Position numbers and translations under genes: made by a program
Shown here: positions 20,006 through 29,849 of the stretch, piece after piece
How positions within the stretch are numbered: position 1 is the first letter of the stretch
Layout: each line of letters begins with the position of its first letter
The notes under the pieces: model-generated
The model's database searches: none
Told to the model about the DNA's origin: nothing
The model's input: only the letters and a program-made list of their open reading frames with translations
DNA from: Alphaproteobacteria bacterium
GTDB lineage: Bacteria; Pseudomonadota; Alphaproteobacteria; SHVV01
Assembly: GCA_965261735.1 (NCBI GenBank)
Contig: OZ253470.1
Span: forward strand, 800,001 to 864,000
Direction of reading: 5' to 3'
Length of the DNA stretch: 64,000 nt

Positions 20006-21556
20006 TCAAGCCGCCCGTTTACCGAGCAGCCGGCGCAGATCGGCGAAGCTCGCGGCACCGCTGAGCAGCGCCATGGCCCCATAAAGAGCCGCTCCCGCGC
20101 CAACCAGCGCGGCCAGCGAAGCGATGCGGGCGGCTTGCGTGCCCTCGAGCGCGCCCGCGAGTAGGCCGGCCGCCGGCCACAGCACGCCGGCCATTACGGC
20201 GCTCGCGACGAGGATGTGCGGCAGCCGCCGCGCGAGCCGCGCATCGACCACGATGGCGCGCCGGCGCACCAGGACCGTCGCCAGCAGGCCCGCGTTCAGC
20301 CAGCCCGAGAGCGCCGTGGCGAGGGCGATGCCGACATGGCCCATCGGGCGCATCAAGGCGAGACTCAGGCCGACGTTGGCGACCATCGCAGCGACCGCGA
20401 TCACCACCGGCGTCGTCGTGTCCTCGCGCGCAAAATAGGCCGATTGCAGGATGCGGATGAGCACGAACGCGGGCAGGCCGGCCGCGAAGGCGACCAGTGC
20501 CGGCGCGGTCGCCCCGGCGTCGGCGGCGGTAAAGGCGCCGCGCTCGAACAGCACCGCCACGATCGGCCCGGCGATCACGAGCAGCGCCGCCGTCGCCGGG
20601 AACACGAGCAGGGCCGACAGCTCGAGCGCGCGGTTCAGGCTGTCCATCGCCGCGGCCTCGTCGCGCGCCCGAAGCTGCCGGCTCAGTAGCGGCAAGAGCG
20701 CGGTACCCACCGCGATTCCGACGACGCCGAGCGGCAACTGGTACACGCGATCGGCGTAGTACAGGAACGACACCGATCCGCCGCCGAGCAGCGAGGCGAT
20801 CGCCGTACCCACGACGATGTTGATTTGGGTGACGCCGCCGCCGAGCACGCCCGGCAGCATGAGCCGGAACAGCCGCCGCAGGGCCGGCGTGAGCCGTGGC
20901 GGCTGCGGCGCCCAGCGTAGCCCGGCTCGGTGGCAAGCGAACGCGAGCCACAGGAACTGGGCCGCGCCGGCGAGGGCCACGCCCCACACCAGGGCATGCG
21001 CCGGCAGTCCGGTAACGTAGCGCCCCACGAGCAGCGCGGCGATGAGAATGACGTTGAGCACGATGGGGGCCGCGGCCATGGCGGCGAAGCGGTAGAAGGC
21101 GTTGAGCACGCCGCCGAGAAGCGCCACCATGGTCATGAACAAAAGATACGGAAAAGTGATGCGCGTGAACGCCACGGTGATCTCGAACTTGGCCGCGTCG
21201 GCGGCGAAGCCGGGCGCGAGTACGCGGATGACCCCAGGCATCGCGATCTCGGCGAGAAGGGTGAGGACGAAGAGGACCACGAACATGACCGCCAGCGCCT
21301 GATTGGCGAAGGCCAGGGCCGCGTCCTTGCCGCGCTCCTCGAGCGCACGGGCGAAAAGCGGCACGAACGCCGCGCTGAAGGCGCCCTCGGCGACGAGCCT
21401 GCGAAACAGGTTGGGGATGCGGAACGCGACCACGAAGGCGTCGGTCAACGCTCCGGCGCCGAGATAGTTGGCGATGAGGATGTCGCGCGCAAAGCCGAGC
21501 ACACGGCTGATCAACGTGTAGCCGCCAACCGTCGCGGCCGATCGTAACAGCGCCAT
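20006..21556 (-). CDS. murJ: Lipid II flippase MurJ (MviN)
   Basis: SRVLGFARD, AFRIPNLFRRLVAEGAFSAAFVP and YADRVYQLPLG motifs. Confidence 0.96.
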   Translation of the reverse strand: MALLRSAATVGGYTLISRVLGFARDILIANYLGAGALTDAFVVAFRIPNLFRRLVAEGAFSAAFVPLFARALEERGKDAALAFANQALAVMFVVLFVLTLLAEIAMPGVIRVLAPGFAADAAKFEITVAFTRITFPYLLFMTMVALLGGVLNAFYRFAAMAAAPIVLNVILIAALLVGRYVTGLPAHALVWGVALAGAAQFLWLAFACHRAGLRWAPQPPRLTPALRRLFRLMLPGVLGGGVTQINIVVGTAIASLLGGGSVSFLYYADRVYQLPLGVVGIAVGTALLPLLSRQLRARDEAAAMDSLNRALELSALLVFPATAALLVIAGPIVAVLFERGAFTAADAGATAPALVAFAAGLPAFVLIRILQSAYFAREDTTTPVVIAVAAMVANVGLSLALMRPMGHVGIALATALSGWLNAGLLATVLVRRRAIVVDARLARRLPHILVASAVMAGVLWPAAGLLAGALEGTQAARIASLAALVGAGAALYGAMALLSGAASFADLRRLLGKRAA

Positions 21557-21606
21557 GGCCCGGTGTTAGCCGAATTAGGCGGCGGAAAAAAGGCAGGGAG
21601 TGTCGG

Positions 21607-24489
21607 TCAGGATCCGCGAGCGCCCTTTGCGCGCGCGGCGGAGTCCGGCGCGCGCGACTTGCCGGTGCGTGTTCCGGCACGCCCGCCGGTGCCCGACCCG
21701 GCGGCGCGCTTCACCGGCGCGGCGGTCTTGGCCGCCGCCTTGGCGGGCCGCGCCGGTGTGGGCTTCTGCCCGCTCAGGGCGGCGAGCAGATGATTGCGCA
21801 CCGAGGCCACGCGGCGGGCGTGCGTGACCTTGCCGCCGTCGCGATCCGTCACATAGAACACGTCGACCGCGCGCGCGCCGAAGGTTGCGACGCTGGCGCC
21901 GGCGATACTGAGGCCACGCTCGGCGAGGGCCACGGTCACGTCGTAGAGCAGACCGCGCCGATCGCGCCCATTGACCTCGATGACCGTCGTGCGATCGCTC
22001 GCCTGGTTGTCGAAGAGCACCCGCGGCTCGACCTTGAACACGCGGGTGCGGCTGGGGATGCCGCTACGCTTGGCGAGCCCGTCGGCCAAGTCGCCACCAT
22101 CGAGGAGCACGCGCTCGATGGTGGCGCGCAGGCGCGCGTGCTTTTCGGGTCGGCCGAAGGCGCCGCGGCCGGCGTCCTGAATCCACAGCGTGTCGAGCGC
22201 CATGCCATCGCTCGTCGTGAAGATCTTGGCGTTGACCACGTTGGCGCCGCTGAGCGCCACCGCCCCGGCGAGACGGGCGAAGAGCCCGGGGCGGTCGGCC
22301 GTGTACACCGTGATCTCGGTCGCGGCGCGGCCCCGATCGGTGCGCGTCGTGACCGTGAGCGGCACCGCGTCGCGGTCGGCCGTGCGCATCATCAGCGCAT
22401 GGCGCTCGAGTGTCGCCAGGTCCGCCCACAGCCAATAGGTCTCGCTGGTGCGCGCCGCGTGGCGTTCGAACTCGGCATTGGTCCATTGCACGCCGAGCCG
22501 GTCGCGCAAACCGGCGCGGGCGGCGGCCACGCGCTGAGCGTGCCTCTGACCCTGATGGGCACCGGTCAAGGCCTCTTCGGCGAGCGTATAAAGATCGCTC
22601 AGGAGCTGACCCTTCCAGCCGTTCCACCGCCCTGGCCCGACGGCGCGGATATCGGCCGCGGTGAGCACGAGCAGCAGGCGCAGGCGCTCGGGGCTCTGCA
22701 CCATGGCGGCGAAGTCGGCCACGGTCTTGGGGTCCTGGAGGTCGCGCTTGAACGCGAAGTGGCTCATCGCGAGATGGTGGCGAACGAGCCACGCGACGGT
22801 TTCGGTCTCCTCGGGACTGAGACCCAGGCGTCTGCCGAGCCGGCGCGCCAGCCCGGCGCCGATCTCGGAGTGGCTGCCGCCGCGGCCCTTGGCGATGTCG
22901 TGCATGAGAACGCCGAGATAGAGCACGCGACGCGACTGAATCTGGTGGACGAGCTCGCTCGCGAGCGGCAGGTCCTGGACGAGCGTTCCCTTCTCGATCT
23001 CCGCCAGCTGCCCGACCGCGCGGATGGTGTGCTCGTCGACCGTGTAGACGTGGTACATGTCGTGCTGGGTCTGAGCCACGACACGCCCGAAGTCGGGCAC
23101 GAAACGGCCGAACACGCCGGCCTCGTTCATGCGCCTGAGCGCCGTTTCGGGATCCTTGCGCGAGGTCAACACCTCGAGGAACAGCCGGTTTGCTTCCGCG
23201 TCGTTGCGCACCCGCGGACCGAGCTTCTTGAGATGGCGGGTTATCTGGCGCAGCGCGTCGGGATGAACGTCGAGCTTGTGGCGATCGGCGAGATGGAACA
23301 GGCGCAGCATGGCCACCGGGTCGGCGGCGAACGCATCCTCGCCGGTCACGTTGAGGCGACCGCGCTCGACGACGAAGCCTTCGATCCGTCGCCTCTTCAG
23401 CGCCAGCCTGGGCAGGCGGAACACGGGCTTACGCTTGTGCCGCTCTTCGAGGGCCGCGCAGAAGATGCGCGTGAGCGCACCAACGTCCTTGGCCACCAGA
23501 TAGTAGTGCTTCATGAAGCGCTCGACGCCTGTGGCGCCGGTGTGATCCCTGTAGTGGAGGCGGCGCCCGATCTCGGACTGGACGTCAAAGGTGAGCCGCT
23601 CCTCGGCCCGCCCGGCGAGGTAGTGGAGCTGGCAGCGCACCGTCCATAGGAACGATTCGGCCTTGGCGAAGCGCGCGCGCTCGCGCGCCGACAGCACGCC
23701 GCGCTCCACGAGGTCGGCAACGCGATCGGTGCGGTAAAGGTATTTGGCGATCCAAAACAGGGTGTGCAGGTCGCGCAGGCCGCCCTTGCCCTCCTTGACG
23801 TTGGGCTCGACGAGATAACGCGACTGGCCGAACCGGGCGTGGCGCGCGTCACGCTCGGCGAGCTTGACGGCGACGAATTCAGCGCCCGTGCCGGCCGCGA
23901 CCTCGCGCACGAAGCGCCGCCGCAGGTCTTCATAGAGGACCTGATCGCCGGCGATCCAGCGCGCCTCCAGGAGCGCGGTGCGGATCGATTGGTCACGCTT
24001 GGCGAGTTGCAGGCAGATCTCGACCGAGCGCGTCGCGTGGCCGACCTTGAGGCCCATGTCCCACAGCAGGTAGAGGACGTATTCCACCACCTGCTCGCCC
24101 CAGGGAGTCTGCTTGTAGGGCAGGAGAAACAGGAGATCGACGTCCGAATAGGGCGCCATCTCGCCGCGCCCGTAGCCGCCCACGCCGATGATGGCAAGGT
24201 GCTCCGCGGACGACGGGTTGGTCGCCGGGTACACGGTCTCGACCGCGTGGTGGTGGACACAGGCGAGGAGGCCATCGATTAGGGCGGCGCAGGCGCGCGC
24301 GGTGGCGGAGCCGGAGGCTCCGGCGTCGAAGCGCCGGCGCACTTCGCCACGGCCCTCCTCGAGCGCCGTTTTCAGCCGCGCCAGCACCTTGGCACGGCTC
24401 TCCGGCGAGCCCGCGGCGCGCTTCCTCGCCGCCGCCGAAAGCGCGCCCGCCAGCCGGTCCGCATCGAGAACGGCACCGCTTGCCTCCAT
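21607..24489 (-). CDS. glnD: Bifunctional uridylyltransferase/uridylyl-removing enzyme
   Basis: GGYGRGEMAPYSDVDLLF, EPNVKEGKGGLRD and YTVDEH motifs; HD domain; two ACT domains. Confidence 0.97.
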   Translation of the reverse strand: MEASGAVLDADRLAGALSAAARKRAAGSPESRAKVLARLKTALEEGRGEVRRRFDAGASGSATARACAALIDGLLACVHHHAVETVYPATNPSSAEHLAIIGVGGYGRGEMAPYSDVDLLFLLPYKQTPWGEQVVEYVLYLLWDMGLKVGHATRSVEICLQLAKRDQSIRTALLEARWIAGDQVLYEDLRRRFVREVAAGTGAEFVAVKLAERDARHARFGQSRYLVEPNVKEGKGGLRDLHTLFWIAKYLYRTDRVADLVERGVLSARERARFAKAESFLWTVRCQLHYLAGRAEERLTFDVQSEIGRRLHYRDHTGATGVERFMKHYYLVAKDVGALTRIFCAALEERHKRKPVFRLPRLALKRRRIEGFVVERGRLNVTGEDAFAADPVAMLRLFHLADRHKLDVHPDALRQITRHLKKLGPRVRNDAEANRLFLEVLTSRKDPETALRRMNEAGVFGRFVPDFGRVVAQTQHDMYHVYTVDEHTIRAVGQLAEIEKGTLVQDLPLASELVHQIQSRRVLYLGVLMHDIAKGRGGSHSEIGAGLARRLGRRLGLSPEETETVAWLVRHHLAMSHFAFKRDLQDPKTVADFAAMVQSPERLRLLLVLTAADIRAVGPGRWNGWKGQLLSDLYTLAEEALTGAHQGQRHAQRVAAARAGLRDRLGVQWTNAEFERHAARTSETYWLWADLATLERHALMMRTADRDAVPLTVTTRTDRGRAATEITVYTADRPGLFARLAGAVALSGANVVNAKIFTTSDGMALDTLWIQDAGRGAFGRPEKHARLRATIERVLLDGGDLADGLAKRSGIPSRTRVFKVEPRVLFDNQASDRTTVIEVNGRDRRGLLYDVTVALAERGLSIAGASVATFGARAVDVFYVTDRDGGKVTHARRVASVRNHLLAALSGQKPTPARPAKAAAKTAAPVKRAAGSGTGGRAGTRTGKSRAPDSAARAKGARGS

Positions 24490-24565
24490 GCCCCGCTAGG
24501 TGCGCCATCGCGCCGCGAATTGCAAGCGCGCGGGCCCGGCGGCGCCAGCGCCCCGGCGGCGCCGA

Positions 24566-24594
24566 TTGACAGGCGGTGCGGGCCCTCGCTAGCT
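24566..24594 (+). promoter_or_regulatory. Putative sigma70 promoter for the EamA gene
   Basis: TTGACA-17 nt-CTAGCT. Confidence 0.45.
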
Positions 24595-24616
24595 TCGCCG
24601 CGCTCGCGGGGGGGGG

Positions 24617-25630
24617 GTGGGGGCGGGGGATGGCGCCACGCATCACGACAGGCCGACACCGCCGGCGAGGCCGCGCGCGAGCACATCCGAGGCGCCGTCA
24701 CGGCGGGGGCTGGCGCTGCTCGCCCTGTTCATCGGCGTCCTCGGCTTTGCCCTGACGCCGATCCTGGTCCGCCTCAGTGAGGTCGGGCCGATCGCCACCG
24801 CATTTTGGCGCGCCGCCCTGGCGTTCCCGGTCCTGTGGACGGTCATGAGTATCGAGGTTCGCGGCGGCGCCGGCTCGACACGGCGGCCGCGAGCCCCGCG
24901 GCCGCGCTCGGCGCGCGACTATGGCTGGCTCGTCTTCGCCTCGATGGCCATGGCCGGCGACCTCATCCTGTTCCAGACCGCGGTGCACTACACCACCATC
25001 GCCAACGCCGCCCTTCTCGGCGGCCTACAGCCTGTCTTCGTGGTCTTCGGGGCCTGGTTCCTGTTCCGCGAGCGCATCACGGCGCTGTTCCTCCTCGGCA
25101 TGGCCGTGGCGCTCACCGGCGCCTCGCTGCTCGTGCTTGCCGGCCCAGTTCATGAAGCTGGGCTGCGCGCCGGCATCGCTCTCGGCGACATCCTCGCGCT
25201 CGGCGCGGCCCTCACCTTCGCGCTCTATTCGCTCGGCCTGAGGGAGCTGCGCGGGCGCTTCTCGACCGCCACCGTGATGACATGGAACATGGGCCTCGGC
25301 GCCGTCGTGCTGCTGCCGGCGGCGTGGCTCGCCGGCCAGTCCGTGGTGCCGCAAAGCGTGTACGGCTGGGCGGTGGTGATCGGCTTCGCCCTCGTCGTCG
25401 ACCTCATGGGGCGCAGCTCGTACACCTTCGCCTTCGCCCACCTGCCGGCGTCCTTCAACTCGGTCGGCATGCTGAGCATGCCGGTAGTCGCCGCGGCGTT
25501 GGCGTGGCTGCTGTTCGACGAGGCGATCTCGACCGGCCAGGGCCTCGCCGCCGCCGCCGCCCTCGCCGGCATCTTCCTCGCCCAGCGCGCGCAAGCCCGA
25601 GGCCGCGAAAATCCTCGGACTAAGGGATGA
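24617..25630 (+). CDS. DMT/EamA-family transporter
   Basis: About 10 hydrophobic segments in two EamA repeats; start uncertain (lies in a poly-G tract). Confidence 0.85.
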   Translation: MGAGDGATHHDRPTPPARPRASTSEAPSRRGLALLALFIGVLGFALTPILVRLSEVGPIATAFWRAALAFPVLWTVMSIEVRGGAGSTRRPRAPRPRSARDYGWLVFASMAMAGDLILFQTAVHYTTIANAALLGGLQPVFVVFGAWFLFRERITALFLLGMAVALTGASLLVLAGPVHEAGLRAGIALGDILALGAALTFALYSLGLRELRGRFSTATVMTWNMGLGAVVLLPAAWLAGQSVVPQSVYGWAVVIGFALVVDLMGRSSYTFAFAHLPASFNSVGMLSMPVVAAALAWLLFDEAISTGQGLAAAAALAGIFLAQRAQARGRENPRTKG

Positions 25631-26603
25631 GCACGGCGGCGCCCTGGAGCGCGCCGCGGCGCAGGTCATCGAGCGCGCGGTTGGCCTCGGCCAATCCGTA
25701 GAGCTGGACGTGGGTCTTGACCGGCACGCGCGGCGCGAGCGCCAGGAACTCCTCGGCATCGCGGCGCGTGAGGTTGGCGACCGAGCGCAGGGTGCGCTCC
25801 TGCCACAGCAGGGCGTAGGGAAAGCTCGGGACGTCGCTCATGTGGATGCCGGCGCAAACCACGGTGCCGCCGGGGACGATCCGCCGCAGCGCCTCGGGAA
25901 TCAGGGCACCCACGGGCGCGAAGATGATAGCGGCGTCGAGTTCCTCGGGCGGGGCGGTGCCGGAATCACCGGCCCAGGCGGCGCCGAGCCCGCGCGCGAA
26001 TTCCTGTGCGTCCTTATCGCCCGGCCGGGTGAAGGCGAAGACCTCGCGTCCCTCCCACACCGCGACCTGAGCGATGATGTGGGCGGCGGCACCGAAGCCG
26101 TAGAGGCCGAGCCGGCGCCCCTCCCCCGCCATCCGGTAGCTGCGGTGGCCAATGAGCCCGGCGCACAGCAGAGGTGCTGCCTCCGCATCGCCGTAGCCCG
26201 CCGGCAGCGGAAAGGCGTAGCGCGCATCGGCGAGCGTGAAACCAGCGTAGCCGCCGTCGATCTGATAGCCGGTGTAGCGCGCCGAGGCGCACAGATTCTC
26301 GCGGCCTGACCGGCAGTAGGCGCAGGCTCCGCACGACCAGCCGAGCCAGGGGACGCCGACCCGCTGGCCGACCGCGAGGCGCTCGACGCCGGCGCCGAGG
26401 GCGCTAACGGTGCCGACGATCTCGTGTCCCGGCACGATCGGAAACGCAGCTTGCGCGAGCTCGCCATCGAGGATGTGCAGGTCGGTGCGGCACACGCCGC
26501 AGGCCGCAACCTCGATCAACACCTGGCCGGGGCCTGGCGCGGGCGGCTCGCGGGCCTCGGCCCTCAGGGCTTCGCCCGCCTTGTGCAACACCATGGCCTG
26601 CAT
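25620..26603 (-). CDS. Zinc-dependent alcohol dehydrogenase family protein
   Basis: CGVCRTDLH, GHEIVG, CxxCxxC...C and GFGAAAH motifs. Confidence 0.93.
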   Translation of the reverse strand: MQAMVLHKAGEALRAEAREPPAPGPGQVLIEVAACGVCRTDLHILDGELAQAAFPIVPGHEIVGTVSALGAGVERLAVGQRVGVPWLGWSCGACAYCRSGRENLCASARYTGYQIDGGYAGFTLADARYAFPLPAGYGDAEAAPLLCAGLIGHRSYRMAGEGRRLGLYGFGAAAHIIAQVAVWEGREVFAFTRPGDKDAQEFARGLGAAWAGDSGTAPPEELDAAIIFAPVGALIPEALRRIVPGGTVVCAGIHMSDVPSFPYALLWQERTLRSVANLTRRDAEEFLALAPRVPVKTHVQLYGLAEANRALDDLRRGALQGAAVLIP

Positions 26604-26617
26604 GTGCGTGCCCCCGC

Positions 26618-27544
26618 TCACGCGACCGCGCCGCCCGCGCGCGCCGGCCGACTTGTCGCGACATAGATGCCGGCGAAGATCAGGGCCATACCGGCGATGT
26701 GGTAGAGGGCCAGCGTCTCGCCAAGAAACACGAACGCGAACAGCGCCGTAAACGGCGGCGCCAGAAAGGCATAGAGATTGGCCCTGTTGGGCCCAAGAGC
26801 GGCGACACCCTTGGCGAAGAATAGATAAACGAGAAGCGAGGTGAGCACGGCGTTGAAGATTACCGCGAAGACCGCGGCGAAGTTGAACACCAGCGGCGTC
26901 CGTTGGACCACGAGTTCCCAGACGAAGAACGGCACGATACCGACCAATCCTGTGGCGATGATCGCGGTCAACAGTGACAGCGAATGCAGCCCCGGGGGTA
27001 TCCGCCGCAGCAGCACCGAATAGACGCCCCAGGTGGCGACACCTAACAGCATGATGAGATCGCCGGGGCGAAACGCGAGTCCAAGGAGAACCGTGAGGTC
27101 GCCCTGGCTGATAACCGCGAGCAGGCCGACGAGGCCGACCCCGAAGCCGATGGCCTCACGCGGGCTCACGCCCACCCGCAGGATCAGCCACGAGGCGATG
27201 GCGCTCGCGATCGGCGTCGTTGCCCCGACAACTCCGATGTTGAGCGCCTCGGTAGTATGGGCGGCGACGTAGACGGTCGCCGAATAGACCGAAACGCTGA
27301 GCAGCCCGCAAGCGCCGAGCAGGCGCCAGTGGGTCGCGATGAGGCGGCGCTGCCGGCGCACGTGGGGCCAGGCAAAGGGCAGCAGCAACAGCAGCGCCAG
27401 GGCCCAGCGGCCGAAATTGAGCGAGTGCGGGCCGATGTCGTATATGACGGCCCGGGCAATGACCGCGCTCGCCGCCCAGATCACGCTGACGAGCGAGAGC
27501 AGGACCGCGGGCGCGATCGCCCGCCTGACGAGCGCGGCGCTCAC
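26618..27544 (-). CDS. DMT/EamA-family transporter
   Basis: Two EamA repeats, GD and LGE motifs. Confidence 0.87.
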   Translation of the reverse strand: MSAALVRRAIAPAVLLSLVSVIWAASAVIARAVIYDIGPHSLNFGRWALALLLLLPFAWPHVRRQRRLIATHWRLLGACGLLSVSVYSATVYVAAHTTEALNIGVVGATTPIASAIASWLILRVGVSPREAIGFGVGLVGLLAVISQGDLTVLLGLAFRPGDLIMLLGVATWGVYSVLLRRIPPGLHSLSLLTAIIATGLVGIVPFFVWELVVQRTPLVFNFAAVFAVIFNAVLTSLLVYLFFAKGVAALGPNRANLYAFLAPPFTALFAFVFLGETLALYHIAGMALIFAGIYVATSRPARAGGAVA

Positions 27545-27591
27545 GGCGGCGGGCCGGTCATGCGTGCCTCCTGGAAAGGGCTCGCCGGACC

Positions 27592-28464
27592 TCAGGCCTC
27601 CTTGCGGTGCTGCTTGACGAAGTCATAGATGCGGCTGAAATCCTCGTCGTAGAGCTCGTTTGCCACGCGCTCCAACGTGTCGCAAACGGCGGCGCCGAGG
27701 GGCGCGCGGGCGCCCGAGGCGCGCACGCCCTCGACGAACAGGCGCACGTCCTTGGCGATAAGCTGTGTGGTGAAGCCGGCATCGTAGGTGCCGGTCAGGA
27801 TGCGCCGCGGGAACTTGTCGGCGGTCGCGGTGTTCTGTCCGCTCGAGACGTTGAGGACCTCGAGCATCGTCGTCATGTCGAGCCCGTGGTCCTCGCCGAA
27901 CGCGATGGCCTCGCTCGTGGCCGTCATGGCGGTGCCGGAGAGGAAGTTGTTGAGCAGCTTCATCGCCTGGCCCTGGCCGACCTCTCTGCCGACGCGAAAG
28001 CAGTTCTTGGCCATGATCCGGCACAGCGGCAACAGATGATCGTAATCGGCCTCGGCGGCCGCCATCATCATCGCCAAGCTGCCGGCGCGCGCACCGGCGA
28101 CGCCGCCCGAAACCGGTGCATCGACATACACGATCCCCGCCTGTTCGAACCGCGCGTGCGCCGCCTTCGCGGCGACGATGCCGATGGTCGAGGTGTCGAC
28201 CACGGTCTTCGCCGCGCGCGGCGTCGCGCCCGCGATCTCGTCAGCGACCGCCGTCACCACCTCGCCGTCCGGCAAGCTGAGAAAGATCGTCTCGCACGCG
28301 CTCGCGACGGCCGCCGCGGACGCTGCGGCTTGGGCGCCCTCGGGCGCGCGCTCGGCGGTGCCGGCGACGTCGAAGGCGACGAGGCCATGGCCCGCGGCCG
28401 CGAGCCGCGCCGACATCTGCGAGCCCATGCGGCCGAGGCCGATGAAGCCGAGCGCGCCGGTCAT
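27592..28464 (-). CDS. NAD(P)-dependent beta-hydroxyacid dehydrogenase (3-hydroxyisobutyrate DH family)
   Basis: GFIGLGRMG, DAPVSGG and MKLLNN motifs. Confidence 0.9.
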   Translation of the reverse strand: MTGALGFIGLGRMGSQMSARLAAAGHGLVAFDVAGTAERAPEGAQAAASAAAVASACETIFLSLPDGEVVTAVADEIAGATPRAAKTVVDTSTIGIVAAKAAHARFEQAGIVYVDAPVSGGVAGARAGSLAMMMAAAEADYDHLLPLCRIMAKNCFRVGREVGQGQAMKLLNNFLSGTAMTATSEAIAFGEDHGLDMTTMLEVLNVSSGQNTATADKFPRRILTGTYDAGFTTQLIAKDVRLFVEGVRASGARAPLGAAVCDTLERVANELYDEDFSRIYDFVKQHRKEA

Positions 28465-28856
28465 GGGCCGGCCGCCTTGGGGGCCTCCTCGGCCAGCACC
28501 TTGCGGGCAATGCGGAACGCCTCGACGCCGGCCGGGGCGCCGCAGTAGGCGGCGATCTGCAGCAACGTCTCCTTGAGTTCGTCGAGCGTGCAGCCGTTGT
28601 TCAAGGCGCCCCGGAAATGGAGCTCGAACTCGTGCGCCCGGTTGAGCGCCGCCAGCATGCACAGATTGTTGAGGCTCTTCTGTTTGCGCGAGAGCGCCCC
28701 GCGCCCCCAAACCGCGCCCCAGCACATCTCGGTCACGAAGTGCTCCTGGTGCTCGGCGTTGAAGTCGTCGACGGTGGCGAGCGCCTTGTCGACGTAGGCG
28801 GCGCCGAGCACCTCGCGGCGAATCTTGAGGCCGCGTTCATAAAGTTCGGACGGCAT
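28461..28856 (-). CDS. Carboxymuconolactone decarboxylase family protein
   Basis: GLKIRREVLG...WGAVWGR...AYCGAPAG. Confidence 0.9.
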   Translation of the reverse strand: MPSELYERGLKIRREVLGAAYVDKALATVDDFNAEHQEHFVTEMCWGAVWGRGALSRKQKSLNNLCMLAALNRAHEFELHFRGALNNGCTLDELKETLLQIAAYCGAPAGVEAFRIARKVLAEEAPKAAGP

Positions 28857-28895
28857 GGCAGCTCCTCCCTGGCCACGATGGACGATCCGGCGATA

Positions 28896-29837
28896 TTAGC
28901 CGAGGCGCGGCGGCGCAGGTAGGTCGCCAGGGGCCGGGCGCCGACCGACGGCGAGATAAACGCCGCCCAGGACCAACGCCATGCCGAGAAGGTGGTAGAG
29001 CCGGAAATCCTCGCCGAGCAAGAGCACCGCGAGCAGGCTGCCGAACACAGGCAGGAGGTAGCTGAACTGCCCTGCGGTGTTGGCGCCGACTACCGAGACC
29101 GAACGGATCCACAGGACGCTGGTGACGGCCGACAAGACGGCGCCGGCGTAGAGGACGACGAGGAGATTGGACGCGGTCAGCTCGAAGGTCTTCCCGAGGC
29201 TGCGCTCCCAGACATAGAAGGGCGCCAGGACGACCATGCCGATCAGGGTCACCAGCAGCGCAAAGGCGATCACGCCCAGCCCGGCCGGGCGGTGGCGCAG
29301 CAGCGCCGAGTACAGCGCCCAGCAGCACACCGCTAGGACGACGAGCGCATCGCCCCGGTTGACGTCGAAGCCGACGACCGAGGCCACGTCGCCGCGCAGA
29401 ATGATGACCACGAGCCCGACGAACGCCACCATCATGCCGAGCGCGGTACGCCACGTGATGCGCTCCCCGGCCGCGAGCCACGAGACGAACACGATCGCCG
29501 CCGGCGTCGCCCCGTTGATCAGCGAGGCGTTGATCGCGGTCGTCGACAGCAGGGCCACGTAGTAGAGCGCGTTGAAGGCGGTGGTCCCGAGCGCGGCGAG
29601 CAGCAGGATTATCTTCCAATGCGCGACCAGCAGCACGCGCTGGCGCACGAGCTCGCGCAGGCCGAAAGGCGCCAGCACCAGCGCGGCCACGATCCAGCGC
29701 CCGTAGGTCAACGCGATCGGCGGGAAGTCGTGGACGGCGTAACGGCCGAGGACGGCGTTGCTCGACCACAACACCATGAGAAACGCCAGCACCGTATAGG
29801 CGATCCAGACGTCGCTCGACCGGCGCGGAGCGGGCAC
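28896..29837 (-). CDS. DMT/EamA-family transporter
   Basis: WSSNAVLGR, TTAINASLI, NRGD and LGE motifs. Confidence 0.87.
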   Translation of the reverse strand: MPAPRRSSDVWIAYTVLAFLMVLWSSNAVLGRYAVHDFPPIALTYGRWIVAALVLAPFGLRELVRQRVLLVAHWKIILLLAALGTTAFNALYYVALLSTTAINASLINGATPAAIVFVSWLAAGERITWRTALGMMVAFVGLVVIILRGDVASVVGFDVNRGDALVVLAVCCWALYSALLRHRPAGLGVIAFALLVTLIGMVVLAPFYVWERSLGKTFELTASNLLVVLYAGAVLSAVTSVLWIRSVSVVGANTAGQFSYLLPVFGSLLAVLLLGEDFRLYHLLGMALVLGGVYLAVGRRPAPGDLPAPPRLG

Positions 29838-29849
29838 GGCGCCTGCGCG

